Translations under genes and position numbers: made by a program
Part shown: positions 1 through 7,627 of the stretch, in pieces
Numbering within the stretch: position 1 is the stretch's first letter
Layout of the letters: every line of letters starts with the position of its first letter
NCBI RefSeq assembly: GCF_017875325.1
Contig: NZ_JAGGMN010000001.1
Span: 1,484,140 to 1,508,139, forward strand
Direction of reading: 5' to 3'
Length of the DNA stretch: 24,000 nucleotides
Source of the DNA: Methanofollis sp. W23
Lineage (GTDB): Archaea > Halobacteriota > Methanomicrobia > Methanomicrobiales > Methanofollaceae
The notes under the pieces: model-generated
The model's input: only the letters and a program-made list of their open reading frames with translations
Databases searched by the model: none
Told to the model about the DNA's origin: nothing

Positions 1-530
1 ACGTGCCGGGGGCGCTGCCCTCGGACCCAGGATGAAGATGGAGGCGGGCAGGCGAGCGATGATCGTGAAGACGGGATGCGGTCCCTCGCCAATCTTCATC
101 CGCGGGGGGGACCGGGGGGGGCGGCACGCCCCCCGGGTGGAGGATAAAGTTCAAAATTTCTGGAAGGAAGCGTTTCGGTTCGAAGAGATGTTCACCCAAA
201 GAGAACTTCTGGATATGCTCATAATGAAAACAATTATGATTCTCCGGGGTGTCTGGACCCGTGCCCCGCCTTCAAAGCAGGACATTACGTGGGAACATCA
301 TCGAATGGTCCCCCCCGCCTATCCTCCTCGTAGGGGATCCTCGGGGTCCCCCCGGCGCGAGATGACGGTGAACGTTCTGCGATTGAGGGCGGGCACGCCT
401 GATCGGTGTGCCTTCCCACATCCACGTGCCTGGGGTTCTACGCCCTGACCTCCTCGATGAGGAGAGACAGGGAGGAGGCAATGAGGTGATGAAAACCCCT
501 GGTCTGGCTGAGGGGTGCTCTTGCGTCATG
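1..530 (+). repeat. Intergenic repeat family, locus R1 (~1.2 head-to-tail units, cut by the window edge)
   Basis: 'acgtgcc' at 1-7 recurs at 424-430, giving a period of 423 bp. 114-128 'gggggggcggcacgc' is identical to rc(15712-15726). 149-171 'gttcaaaatttctggaaggaagc' matches rc(15671-15693) at 20/23. 275-302 and 312-400 resemble 21545-21573 and 21585-21665. ORFs 32..448 and 408..896 run through it but are R/P/G-rich and their frames are not conserved between copies. Confidence 0.8.
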
Positions 531-633
531 ACCGACCCAACAGAGTTCTCCAGAGAAGGTCCTCACCAGAACAACAATATCGCTCATTTCCAGATAAAAA
601 ACAAAAGAACAAACAGTCTGGAACGTCCAGAAT

Positions 634-1452
634 ATGATCATGGGAAGAAGGCGCCACCTCGCCGACCGCTGTCTCATCTCCTTTGCCCTCATCGGGAGCC
701 TGATCGTTCTCTTCACGCTCCTTGCACTCCTCAACATGGCAGTGGGAGAACTCTCCGACATCCCGCACCTCCTGCGGGTGGCGGCCGACGAGAAGGTCAT
801 CGACACCATCGTCACGACCATGGGAGCGGGTCTGACAACGGTCCTCATCCTCCTCTTCATCGGGACCCCGCTGGCATATGTCCTGGCCAGGACTGATTTC
901 AGGGGGAAAGGACTCGTGGAAGCGATCATCGACATCCCCCTGATGCTCCCGCACACCGTCGCGGGGATCATGGTCTATATCCTCTTCATGCGGCGCGGGC
1001 TCATCGGCGCTCCCCTCTATGAAGTCGGGATCGTCTTCGAGGAGGCGTTCCTCGGGATCATCGTCGCAATGCTCTTTGTCTCGGCGCCGTACTTCGTCGA
1101 CGCCGTGAGGGAGGGGTTCGAGAAGGTGCCGGTCCACCTGGAGAATGTGGCCCGCACCCTGGGGGCCACCAGGTTCCAGGCATTCACGAAGGTGGTGCTC
1201 CCGCTGAGCGTACGCCATATCTTCAACGGCTCTATTCTCGCATGGGGCCGGGCCATCGGAGAGTTTGCCGCCGTTGTCTTCATCGCCTATTATCCGTTCG
1301 TCATCTCGACGCTCATCTACAACACTTTCACGACCGACGGGATTAAGGAGAGCACTTCGGTGGCATTCGTGATGATCGTGGTCTGTTTCGCGGTCTTTGC
1401 AGGACTCAGGATCATAATGAAGCATGTGGGGAGGTACGATGATCGAGTTTGA
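634..1452 (+). CDS. wtpB: ABC transporter permease, tungstate/molybdate (CysTW/ModB-WtpB) type
   Basis: 272-aa polytopic membrane ORF with high GC3. It carries an EAA-loop-like segment 'ENVARTLGATRFQAFTKVVLPL' typical of ModB/WtpB/CysT permeases. It overlaps the downstream ATPase start by 14 nt, suggesting translational coupling. An AT-rich 'gataaaaaa' lies at 593-601 upstream. Confidence 0.85.
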   Translation: MIMGRRRHLADRCLISFALIGSLIVLFTLLALLNMAVGELSDIPHLLRVAADEKVIDTIVTTMGAGLTTVLILLFIGTPLAYVLARTDFRGKGLVEAIIDIPLMLPHTVAGIMVYILFMRRGLIGAPLYEVGIVFEEAFLGIIVAMLFVSAPYFVDAVREGFEKVPVHLENVARTLGATRFQAFTKVVLPLSVRHIFNGSILAWGRAIGEFAAVVFIAYYPFVISTLIYNTFTTDGIKESTSVAFVMIVVCFAVFAGLRIIMKHVGRYDDRV

Positions 1453-2506
1453 GCATGTATCATTGGAACTTGGAGATTTTGCCCTGAAAGACGTGAGCCT
1501 CTCGATCCAGAAGGGAGACCACTACTGTATCCTTGGGCCTTCTGGAGCAGGGAAGACTGTGATCCTTGAGGCGGTCGCCGGGCTTCATACGCCGCGAGAG
1601 GGGCGCGTCCTCCTGCGCGGCGAGGACGTCGGCGACATCCCGCCAGAGCGGCGTGGAGTGGCCCTGGTCTACCAGGACTATTCGCTCTTCCCCCACATGA
1701 CGGTCAGGAAGAACATCGGCTTTGGGCTGCGTCTCAAGAAGGTCCCTGACGCCGAGATCGAGAGGCGGGTGGACAGACTGCTGGAACGCTTCTCCATCAC
1801 CCACCTTGCCGACCGCCATCCTCTGACGATGAGCGGGGGCGAGCAGCAGCGGGTAGCGATCGCGCGGGCGCTTGCGACTGAGCCCGACATCCTCCTCCTC
1901 GACGAACCCTTTGCCGCCCTTGACCCGGTCACGAAGGAGACGCTGATGGACGAACTTGTGAGGGTGAGGAAGGAGACCGGGCTGACCGTGGTCCAGGTGA
2001 CGCACGCGCGTGAAGAGGCGTTGCGGCTTTCGACGCGGATCGCCGTCATCATCGACGGGCGCCTGGTCCAGGAGGACACACGGGAGGGAGTCTTCGACGC
2101 CCCGCACAGCGTGGAGGTGGCGCGGTTTGTGGGGATGGAGAATATCGTCGACGGCGTCGTGGACGAGAGCCAGGACGGGCTTGTCTCGGTCCGTGTCGGG
2201 GACCGGGTCCTCTTCGCCCTCTCAGGCGCACACCCAGGGGCGAAGGTCTCGGCGGCGTTCAGGGCGGCCGACGTGGTCCTTGCCCGCGCCGGAGCAGAGG
2301 AGAGCACGGCGCGCAACCACTTCGACGGCGTGATCACCGAGGTGATCCCGAGGGGCGGCCCTCTCGTCATGGTCAGGCTCGACTGCGGGTTCCCGCTCGT
2401 CGCCATGATCACCAGGCGCTCGGCAGAGGAGAGTAGTCTCGCGCCTGGTGACAGGGTCTCGGTCAGGTTCAAGGCAAGCGCCGTCCTTGCCCTCCCTGCC
2501 GACTGA
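1439..2506 (+). CDS. wtpC: ABC transporter ATP-binding protein with C-terminal TOBE/Mop-like domain (tungstate/molybdate importer type)
   Basis: Walker A 'GPSGAGKT', signature 'MSGGEQQRVAIARAL', Walker B 'ILLLDEP' and H-loop 'VTHAREE'. The N-terminus 'MIEFEHVSLELGDFALKDVSLSIQKGDHYCILGPSGAGKT' fits the WtpC pattern. The C-terminal ~120 aa ('NHFDGVITEV...VRLDCGFPLVAMITRRS') is TOBE-like. Start placed at ATG 1439, preceded by GGAGGT at 1430-1435; ATG 1424 is an alternative. Confidence 0.9.
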   Translation: MIEFEHVSLELGDFALKDVSLSIQKGDHYCILGPSGAGKTVILEAVAGLHTPREGRVLLRGEDVGDIPPERRGVALVYQDYSLFPHMTVRKNIGFGLRLKKVPDAEIERRVDRLLERFSITHLADRHPLTMSGGEQQRVAIARALATEPDILLLDEPFAALDPVTKETLMDELVRVRKETGLTVVQVTHAREEALRLSTRIAVIIDGRLVQEDTREGVFDAPHSVEVARFVGMENIVDGVVDESQDGLVSVRVGDRVLFALSGAHPGAKVSAAFRAADVVLARAGAEESTARNHFDGVITEVIPRGGPLVMVRLDCGFPLVAMITRRSAEESSLAPGDRVSVRFKASAVLALPAD

Positions 2507-2593
2507 CCGTCACTCCCATAACACTCTATTTCCATATTTTGTTCCATGCAGATGAGCGAGAGCCCCCTTGCAGGGAAGACAGGCAGATTGCGC

Positions 2594-3004
2594 ATGCGGA
2601 CCATCGCACGCGGCAGGGTGCAGGGCGTCGGCTACCGGAGTTATGTCGCCGGGTGCGCGGCGAGAATCGGTGTCGAGGGATATGTGAAGAACCTCCCTGA
2701 CGGCACGGTCGAGATGGTGGCCGAGGGAGATGCCGCGGACCTTGCCGCCTTTTTCGAGGGGGTGCGGGCGGAGGGCGAACCGGTGATCGCAGTCGAGGAC
2801 CTGGTGGTCGAGGTCTCGGCACCCACCGGGGAGTTCACCGGGTTTGAGGCGCGGTTTGGAGACCGGAAGGAAGAACTCTTCAGGAGGAGCATGCTTGCCC
2901 TCGACCTGCTGAAGGCGCTCCTGAAGACCGAGCAGGAGATGCTCGCCGAGCAGAGAAAGACGAACGCCCTCCTTGAAGAACTGGTGGCGGCCGGAAAAAA
3001 ATGA
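2594..3004 (+). CDS. acyP: Acylphosphatase with ~45-aa helical C-terminal extension
   Basis: 'MRTIARGRVQGVGYRSYVAGCAARIGVEGYVKNLPDGTVEMVAEGD' contains the acylphosphatase signature (G-x-VQGVG-[FY]-R ... G-[WY]-V-x-N). ATG 2594 gives the usual short N-terminus. ATG 2546 sits only a few nt after the AT-rich 'tatttccatatttt' (2528-2541). Confidence 0.85.
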   Translation: MRTIARGRVQGVGYRSYVAGCAARIGVEGYVKNLPDGTVEMVAEGDAADLAAFFEGVRAEGEPVIAVEDLVVEVSAPTGEFTGFEARFGDRKEELFRRSMLALDLLKALLKTEQEMLAEQRKTNALLEELVAAGKK

Positions 3005-3015
3005 AAAATGGGTTT

Positions 3016-3755
3016 TGTAGAATCGCTCATGACGCGAGAACACGCCTCAAGCATACGGGATGAAAATATTTCGTCGCTTGATCGCTCTTTTTCAAGAGAG
3101 GAAAATCAATGGGGATCGTGTTCCATCGCCGCCCCTCGGCTATCTTCGGTCCGTGGAGGGTCCAGGGGGTGAAACCCCCCGGCGCGAGATGGTAGGGAAG
3201 ATTCTACGATGGAGGGCGGCCATTCTGATCGAAGTGCCTTCCCACACCATCGGCCGGGGGCGCTGCCCCCGGACCCCCGGGGCGAAGATAGGGTCGGGAA
3301 GGCAGAGGGCCGATCATTCTGAAGGTGTTTCTATACTTTGCATATCGCTCAGAAGGCAATCAGACGGCTTCAAGTCCTCTCTCAACCCTCCAGAACCAAT
3401 CTTTGGGATCATTTTCATGGTAAACCCTCGCCCATTCTTGGTGTGAGCGCGACTCATCCGCCTTCCCCCCTCTTCGACTGGGACCGAGGGTCGCCCGGAT
3501 CCCCAGGATGATGATGAAGTTGGGAAGGCAGAACAACCAAACATGAAAAGGGTGATGCCGTCCTCGATCTATCATGTGGCAGGGGAGTTCGGGGGGCGGC
3601 CAGGCCCCCCTCCAGAGAGATTCATCCAGAGGATCTCTACAGAACCAAAAATAACTGGGGGACAATGGTCATGAGACAAAGGTTACGCCCCGGGCATATG
3701 GAGAGAGGAAGATAAGACCTTCCCCTCTGCCATCTTTCTCCTCTGCGAGGGGGCC
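3016..3755 (+). repeat. Intergenic repeat family, locus R2 (one unit plus a second partial unit)
   Basis: 3051-3070 'gcatacgggatgaaaatatt' is identical (20/20) to 21487-21506. 3199-3240 'aagattctacgatggagggcgg...gtgccttcccaca' resembles 21640-21690. 'cgggaaggcagag' occurs at 3295-3307 and 'tgggaaggcagaac' at 3521-3534. 3470-3620 repeats the A-B modules. 3715-3750 'gccatctttctcctctgcgagggggcc' is C-module-like. Confidence 0.8.
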
Positions 3756-4106
3756 TTATACCATCCCAGACATCCCCAGGCACGGATACATGACCCTGCA
3801 CCGCGCCGCTTCCACCGCTCTCATCCCGGCATCCCTGCTCCTCCGGCCCAGGATGATCGCCCGCGCCCTGACCGGGACGGCATGGACCTCGGCAGAGTAA
3901 CCAAGTTGTCCCTGCCAGACAGCATATGCCTCTTCCAGGTCGGTAGTGAGGCAGAGGGTTTCTTTTGTCATCTGGTCGACCACGATATATCGCACCGACA
4001 GACCTCCTGAATGTTCATTAGATCTCATGTATATTCGCTCACTATTAATGATGATCATTTGCCTGAGGTCTCCGGGACCACGAGTACACCATTCTGCCCT
4101 CGCCAC
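3756..4106 (-). CDS. Hypothetical small protein (start uncertain)
   Basis: ORF directly downstream of the response regulator on the same strand. A possible start is GTG at 3995, preceded by 'caggaggt' plus a 6-nt spacer; ATG 4028 is an alternative. GC3 is ~70% by hand count. I recognise no family, and the C-terminal half is R/A-rich and looks odd. Confidence 0.3.
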   Translation of the reverse strand: MARAEWCTRGPGDLRQMIIINSERIYMRSNEHSGGLSVRYIVVDQMTKETLCLTTDLEEAYAVWQGQLGYSAEVHAVPVRARAIILGRRSRDAGMRAVEAARCRVMYPCLGMSGMV

Positions 4107-4129
4107 TGCGACGAGGACAATTCCCTAGA

Positions 4130-5344
4130 CTAGCCTGGGAGAGACGGGGCCATGACACGGCAGATGCCTTGCTCCCCGCCACCAGGCAGAGGAGCGTGCA
4201 GTTCGGCAAAGACCCCTCTCGCTTCCTCGTCCCTTCCCAGGTAGATGGTGCCGTAGAAGAGCACCGGGCACACGTCTCCATCCGCACCCTGGATTGCGAG
4301 GGGATATTCCCTGACTGCGCCATCGGCCATCACCATCTTGCATACGTCCTCTGCACGCCCTGGATCGGTGAAGAGCGAACAGAAATCAGTGCCGATCAGG
4401 GCGGTCCGTCCCAGGCCGGTCAATGTCTCGGTCGCCGCGTTGACGTCGGTGATCCGCCGGTCAGGACCGATGGTCACCAGCGGGTCGATATGTGCCTCGA
4501 TCAGGGTGCGGCGGTACTCCCCGGCCAAGATGAGTTCTTTCTCTGCCTGTTTCTGTGCCGTGATATCGCGGACCGACTCGATCGCCCCGGCGACATTTCC
4601 GTTCTGGTCGTACAACAGGGTTACCTTGGCCCAGAGCACCGCCGGTCGCCCGTCCACCGACGCCTCCTCGGTCTCTGCAATGATCAGCCCCTTCTCCTGC
4701 TGAATGACGGTATAGGCGGCGTCCACCTCTTCGCCGGGATGAAGGAGGGCGTCCACCAGTGTCGGCCTGGAGATGCCGTAAAAGGGAGACGCATAGACGT
4801 GGCCGCCTGTCCCGACAATCTCGCGTGCCGCCACCCCGCTCATCTCCTCCATCGCTCGGTTCCAGGCAAGAATCCTGCCGCCACAGTCGACGGCAAAGGT
4901 CGCATCAGGGAGGTGGTGAAAGATCTCAGAGATCCGGCGTTCAGATACACGGACCTCCTGGTCGGCCTGGTATTTCTCCACGGCCTGCCTGACTGCGTTC
5001 CGCAGTTCTGCAAACTGCGACCTGGCCTCTCCCCCCTTATGGATATAGAAGTCGGCCCCCTGGTTGAGCGCCTCGATCACCACCTCTTCTCTCCCCCGCC
5101 CGGTAAAGATAATGAACGGGACGGTGATCCCGGCACATCTCAGTTCAAAGAGGAAGTCGATCCCATTCATGCCAGGCATCTCATAGTCGGAGATGACCGC
5201 ATCAAACTCCGTGCTCTCGATAAGTCCAAGGGCTTCCTCTGCAGAGGTGCAGGTGGTGACCTGCACCTCGCCGCTGCGTTCAAGAAAGAACTGCGTCATC
5301 TCAAGGATGACCGGTTCGTCGTCGACATGGAGAACCTGCATCAT
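4130..5344 (-). CDS. Response regulator receiver domain protein with two PAS domains (REC-PAS-PAS, no recognisable output domain)
   Basis: Start at the ATGATG at 5339-5344 ('MMQVLHVDDEPVILEM...DAVISDYEMPGMNGIDFL...IIFTGRGREEVVIEALNQGADFYIHKG' is a CheY-like REC domain). Two PAS-like segments follow ('IFHHLPDATFAVDCGGRILAWNRAMEEMSGV...' and 'LIEAHIDPLVTIGPDRRITDVNAATETLTGL...'). The upstream part of ORF 4130..5542 has no domain signal. Confidence 0.9.
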   Translation of the reverse strand: MMQVLHVDDEPVILEMTQFFLERSGEVQVTTCTSAEEALGLIESTEFDAVISDYEMPGMNGIDFLFELRCAGITVPFIIFTGRGREEVVIEALNQGADFYIHKGGEARSQFAELRNAVRQAVEKYQADQEVRVSERRISEIFHHLPDATFAVDCGGRILAWNRAMEEMSGVAAREIVGTGGHVYASPFYGISRPTLVDALLHPGEEVDAAYTVIQQEKGLIIAETEEASVDGRPAVLWAKVTLLYDQNGNVAGAIESVRDITAQKQAEKELILAGEYRRTLIEAHIDPLVTIGPDRRITDVNAATETLTGLGRTALIGTDFCSLFTDPGRAEDVCKMVMADGAVREYPLAIQGADGDVCPVLFYGTIYLGRDEEARGVFAELHAPLPGGGEQGICRVMAPSLPG

Positions 5345-5544
5345 CGCCGCCCCACTCCTCGAGAAGCGGAGGGCCAGGTGATTCGAAGGAGTATGGAAAT
5401 ATTTTTCGCTGAAATCATGCCATTCCATTCTATCTTTTGGTAAAGATATGAGGGACCCAAAGATCCTTCCAGGTATCCGCCAAAACCGAAACTGTACAGG
5501 GGAGGCATGATCACAATTCTTGAAGAGGAGGGTGCCGCCCACTG

Positions 5545-5770
5545 CCCCTCTTCAAAGCCAGCCCCCGCCAGAGAGAGAGAGGTCTGGCTTCTGCCCTCTC
5601 ATCCATATCTTCTCCCCAGGGTTCTGGGGGAAGATCCCCGGACTTCGAGAGAGAGAGAGAAAGTGGTGTTCCCACCATTTGTCCTGCTCAGAAGGACGAG
5701 CACGGATCCACGCACACCCCATAACCATACAGGAATTCTCTTCAGGTATGCTTGAAAGATCCACGCAAAA
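5545..5770. repeat. Intergenic repeat family, locus R3 (short rearranged copy)
   Basis: rc(5662-5689) 'gagcaggacaaatggtgggaacaccact' resembles 21545-21573 'gagcaggacactatatgggaccaccact'. A C-module-like hairpin lies at 5607-5635 in plus orientation. (GA)n tracts sit at ~5572-5583 and ~5647-5661. Confidence 0.6.
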
Positions 5771-5790
5771 GTCTCCTCTCTCCAGGAGAC
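5764..5790 (-). terminator. Hairpin plus T-run immediately after the pLGIC stop codon
   Basis: Minus-strand reading after the stop (5798-5800): 'gtctcc-tggagaga-ggagac' forms a 6-bp stem (5771-5790). It is followed by 'tttt' (plus-strand aaaa at 5767-5770). Archaeal termination typically uses oligo-T. Confidence 0.45.
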
Positions 5791-5797
5791 CGTCCCC

Positions 5798-7627
5798 TCA
5801 CGAGAAGGCCGTGGTGATCAGCACGATCGAGACGATGTACGCGATCGGGTAGAACCAGACCAGCACGCGGTCGAGGCGTTCGGCCACCTCTTTCTGCTCC
5901 TTGGTCGCAAGCCACTTGAGATAGAGGTTGTAGACCACCGTGAGCCCGCTGACCACGAAGGTGGTGATCAGGACGGCGTCAAGGAAGGTGAGATAGCCAA
6001 GGCGGGGGAGGTCGCCGGCGATGGTGAAGTTGAAGGCGATGAAGAGGAGGAGGTTGGCGCTTGCCACGTCGGCACGCTTGCTGTAGTCCTTGAGGAGGAA
6101 GGTGACCCACCCGAGCATGATCAGGATGAAGATCGGGACAAAGATCCTGAGGATATAATACTCAAGGTGCCGCTTCGCATCAAAGCCGAACGAGAACCTG
6201 GAATGGACCTGGTTCTGCTCGACGGTGTCGACCTCGGTCCAGTATCCCGTGATATACCACTCCTCCTCGCCGAGTTGCGTGCCGACGATCGTCTCGCCCT
6301 CCCAGTCGGCATACCTGAAATACTCTTCCGGGTACAGGGCCTGGATCCTGATGTAGAAGGTCTGGGTGTCGAATGGATAGTCCTTGAAGTAGAAGTCAGG
6401 GGCCTGGAAGGTTGTCCAGAAACGCTCAAAGTAGGTCGCCGTACCATTCGAGGTGATGGTGATGAGTTGGTTCTGGGTCCACCTATTCCCCTGCTGGTTG
6501 AAAAGGGTGAACTCAGGCCACCTCGTCCCTTCGGCCTCGACAAAGTCGTCGATCTCCCGGTAGATCTTGAATGGGACGCCCTCTTCCTGGGGGTCGAAGG
6601 CAAGCACAGGGTCGTTCCACTGCATCCTGATGTTGGCGACGGCAGCGTAGTTCTCAGCCTTCTGATCGACATTGGTGATCTGGTCCAACTCCACCGCGGC
6701 CAGGACGGTGACCGGTTCCCGGATCACCTTTCTCCCACCGAGGACGGCGGTGCCGTCGAGCACCTCGGGATCGTTGATCCCGACGCGGAGCCTGAATGTA
6801 CCTTCGCCCTCCCCCGCCTCGACACGGAGGACCAGGCCCTCGGTCTCGTCGGCCCTGAGTTGATACGAGAGCGCCGCCCTGGTCCCATGGTCCAGAAAGT
6901 TTGCCGCCATCATGGGCTTCCCGTCCACGCTCTCAAGGATGAGGACCGGTCTCAGGTCGCCGGAGACCGAGTCCACCACAGCATGAACGGTGTCCCCGGC
7001 CTCGAGGTTCTCGAGCGGGTAGAAGGTCGAGGTCTTGTCGGCGGTGAGATTGCCGCTCCGCTCCTCGGCACCTTTGCCTGCCGGCGGCATCGCAGGGTCT
7101 GGGACGGCAAGGACCACGCCTGGCGTCGGTGTCGCCGTGCCGTAGAGTACACCAGGTGCATCGATCCCGAGCAGAAGGCTATATTCGCCGAAGGTCTCGG
7201 TCAGCGGCGACGAAGTGACAATGAGTGGATAATCGCCGTCTTTCGGGACGACCCACTTGAGGACGGCAGTATGTCCTTCAGCGCTGTCGTCGTCCCAGGC
7301 AAGGAAGAACCGGTCGGCGGCCCCGGTGATCTCCGCGACCGGTTCCCCGCCACCCCTGACCCCGGTCTGGACCATGGTCCAGAACTCCTCTCCCAGGGTG
7401 GTGCGGTTTGTCTCGGGCGGGGCGATCGCGACGAAGGGGTCGAGGTTTCCTGAACTCCGGTTCACCCGCACCGAGATGGTCTCCCCGGCCTGTAAGTCAG
7501 GGAGAAGATAGACCACACCGCCTTCTTCGAGCACCCTGCCTTTGAGGGCCTGCACCTCTTCTGCAGAGACCAGGGCCGGCACGGCAAGCATGAGGCATAT
7601 GACCACGAGCAATGCCCGGCAGTCCAT
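5798..7627 (-). CDS. Secreted multidomain pentameric ligand-gated ion channel (Cys-loop/GLIC-ELIC superfamily) with two N-terminal beta-sandwich-like repeats
   Basis: Start at ATG 7627 gives the signal peptide 'MDCRALLVVICLMLAVPALVSA'. The C-terminal ~280 aa carry the ECD motifs 'NIRMQWNDPVLAFDP' (6590-6619) and 'YPFDTQ' (6362-6379, the Cys-loop position without cysteines). Four TM helices follow: M1 'YYILRIFVPIFILIMLGWVTFLL', M2 'SANLLLFIAFNFTIAGDLPRLGY' (compare GLIC 'IAFNI...LPKTPY'), M3, and M4 'VLVWFYPIAYIVSIVLITTAFS'. The N-terminal ~300 aa contain an internal duplication. Confidence 0.9.
   Translation of the reverse strand: MDCRALLVVICLMLAVPALVSAEEVQALKGRVLEEGGVVYLLPDLQAGETISVRVNRSSGNLDPFVAIAPPETNRTTLGEEFWTMVQTGVRGGGEPVAEITGAADRFFLAWDDDSAEGHTAVLKWVVPKDGDYPLIVTSSPLTETFGEYSLLLGIDAPGVLYGTATPTPGVVLAVPDPAMPPAGKGAEERSGNLTADKTSTFYPLENLEAGDTVHAVVDSVSGDLRPVLILESVDGKPMMAANFLDHGTRAALSYQLRADETEGLVLRVEAGEGEGTFRLRVGINDPEVLDGTAVLGGRKVIREPVTVLAAVELDQITNVDQKAENYAAVANIRMQWNDPVLAFDPQEEGVPFKIYREIDDFVEAEGTRWPEFTLFNQQGNRWTQNQLITITSNGTATYFERFWTTFQAPDFYFKDYPFDTQTFYIRIQALYPEEYFRYADWEGETIVGTQLGEEEWYITGYWTEVDTVEQNQVHSRFSFGFDAKRHLEYYILRIFVPIFILIMLGWVTFLLKDYSKRADVASANLLLFIAFNFTIAGDLPRLGYLTFLDAVLITTFVVSGLTVVYNLYLKWLATKEQKEVAERLDRVLVWFYPIAYIVSIVLITTAFS

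Noticed and set aside
32-448. ORFs lying inside the repeat family: 32..448, 408..896 (5' part), 3060..3446, 3360..3665, 5520..5852, 8737..9015, 9798..10073, 9666..10001, 15320..15892, 15631..15858, 15901..16367, 21505..21843 and 21726..22100. Some show peptide similarity to each other, for example 'SPIFIRGGDRGG...NFWKEAFRFEEMF' vs 'SPIFISGRTGG...NFWKEALWFKGMF'.
   Set aside because: The peptide similarity only reflects nucleotide similarity. Copies differ by single-nt indels that shift the frame, and stop codons interrupt every frame in some copy. The composition is R/P/G-rich, typical of GC-rich non-coding DNA, and ORFs appear on both strands of the same unit.
5345-5542. N-terminal extensions offered by the ORF track: 5345-5542 (RR), 7628-7720 (pLGIC), 13618-13656 (cfbD), 19361-19537 (antitoxin), 23595-23633 (pilin), 1424-1438 (wtpC), 2546-2593 (acyP) and 8051-8086 / 8511-8525 (small membrane proteins).
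   Set aside because: The domain or signal-peptide boundaries, SD-like sequences or TATA positions favour the internal starts. The extensions overlap neighbouring genes or promoter-like AT patches and carry no motif.
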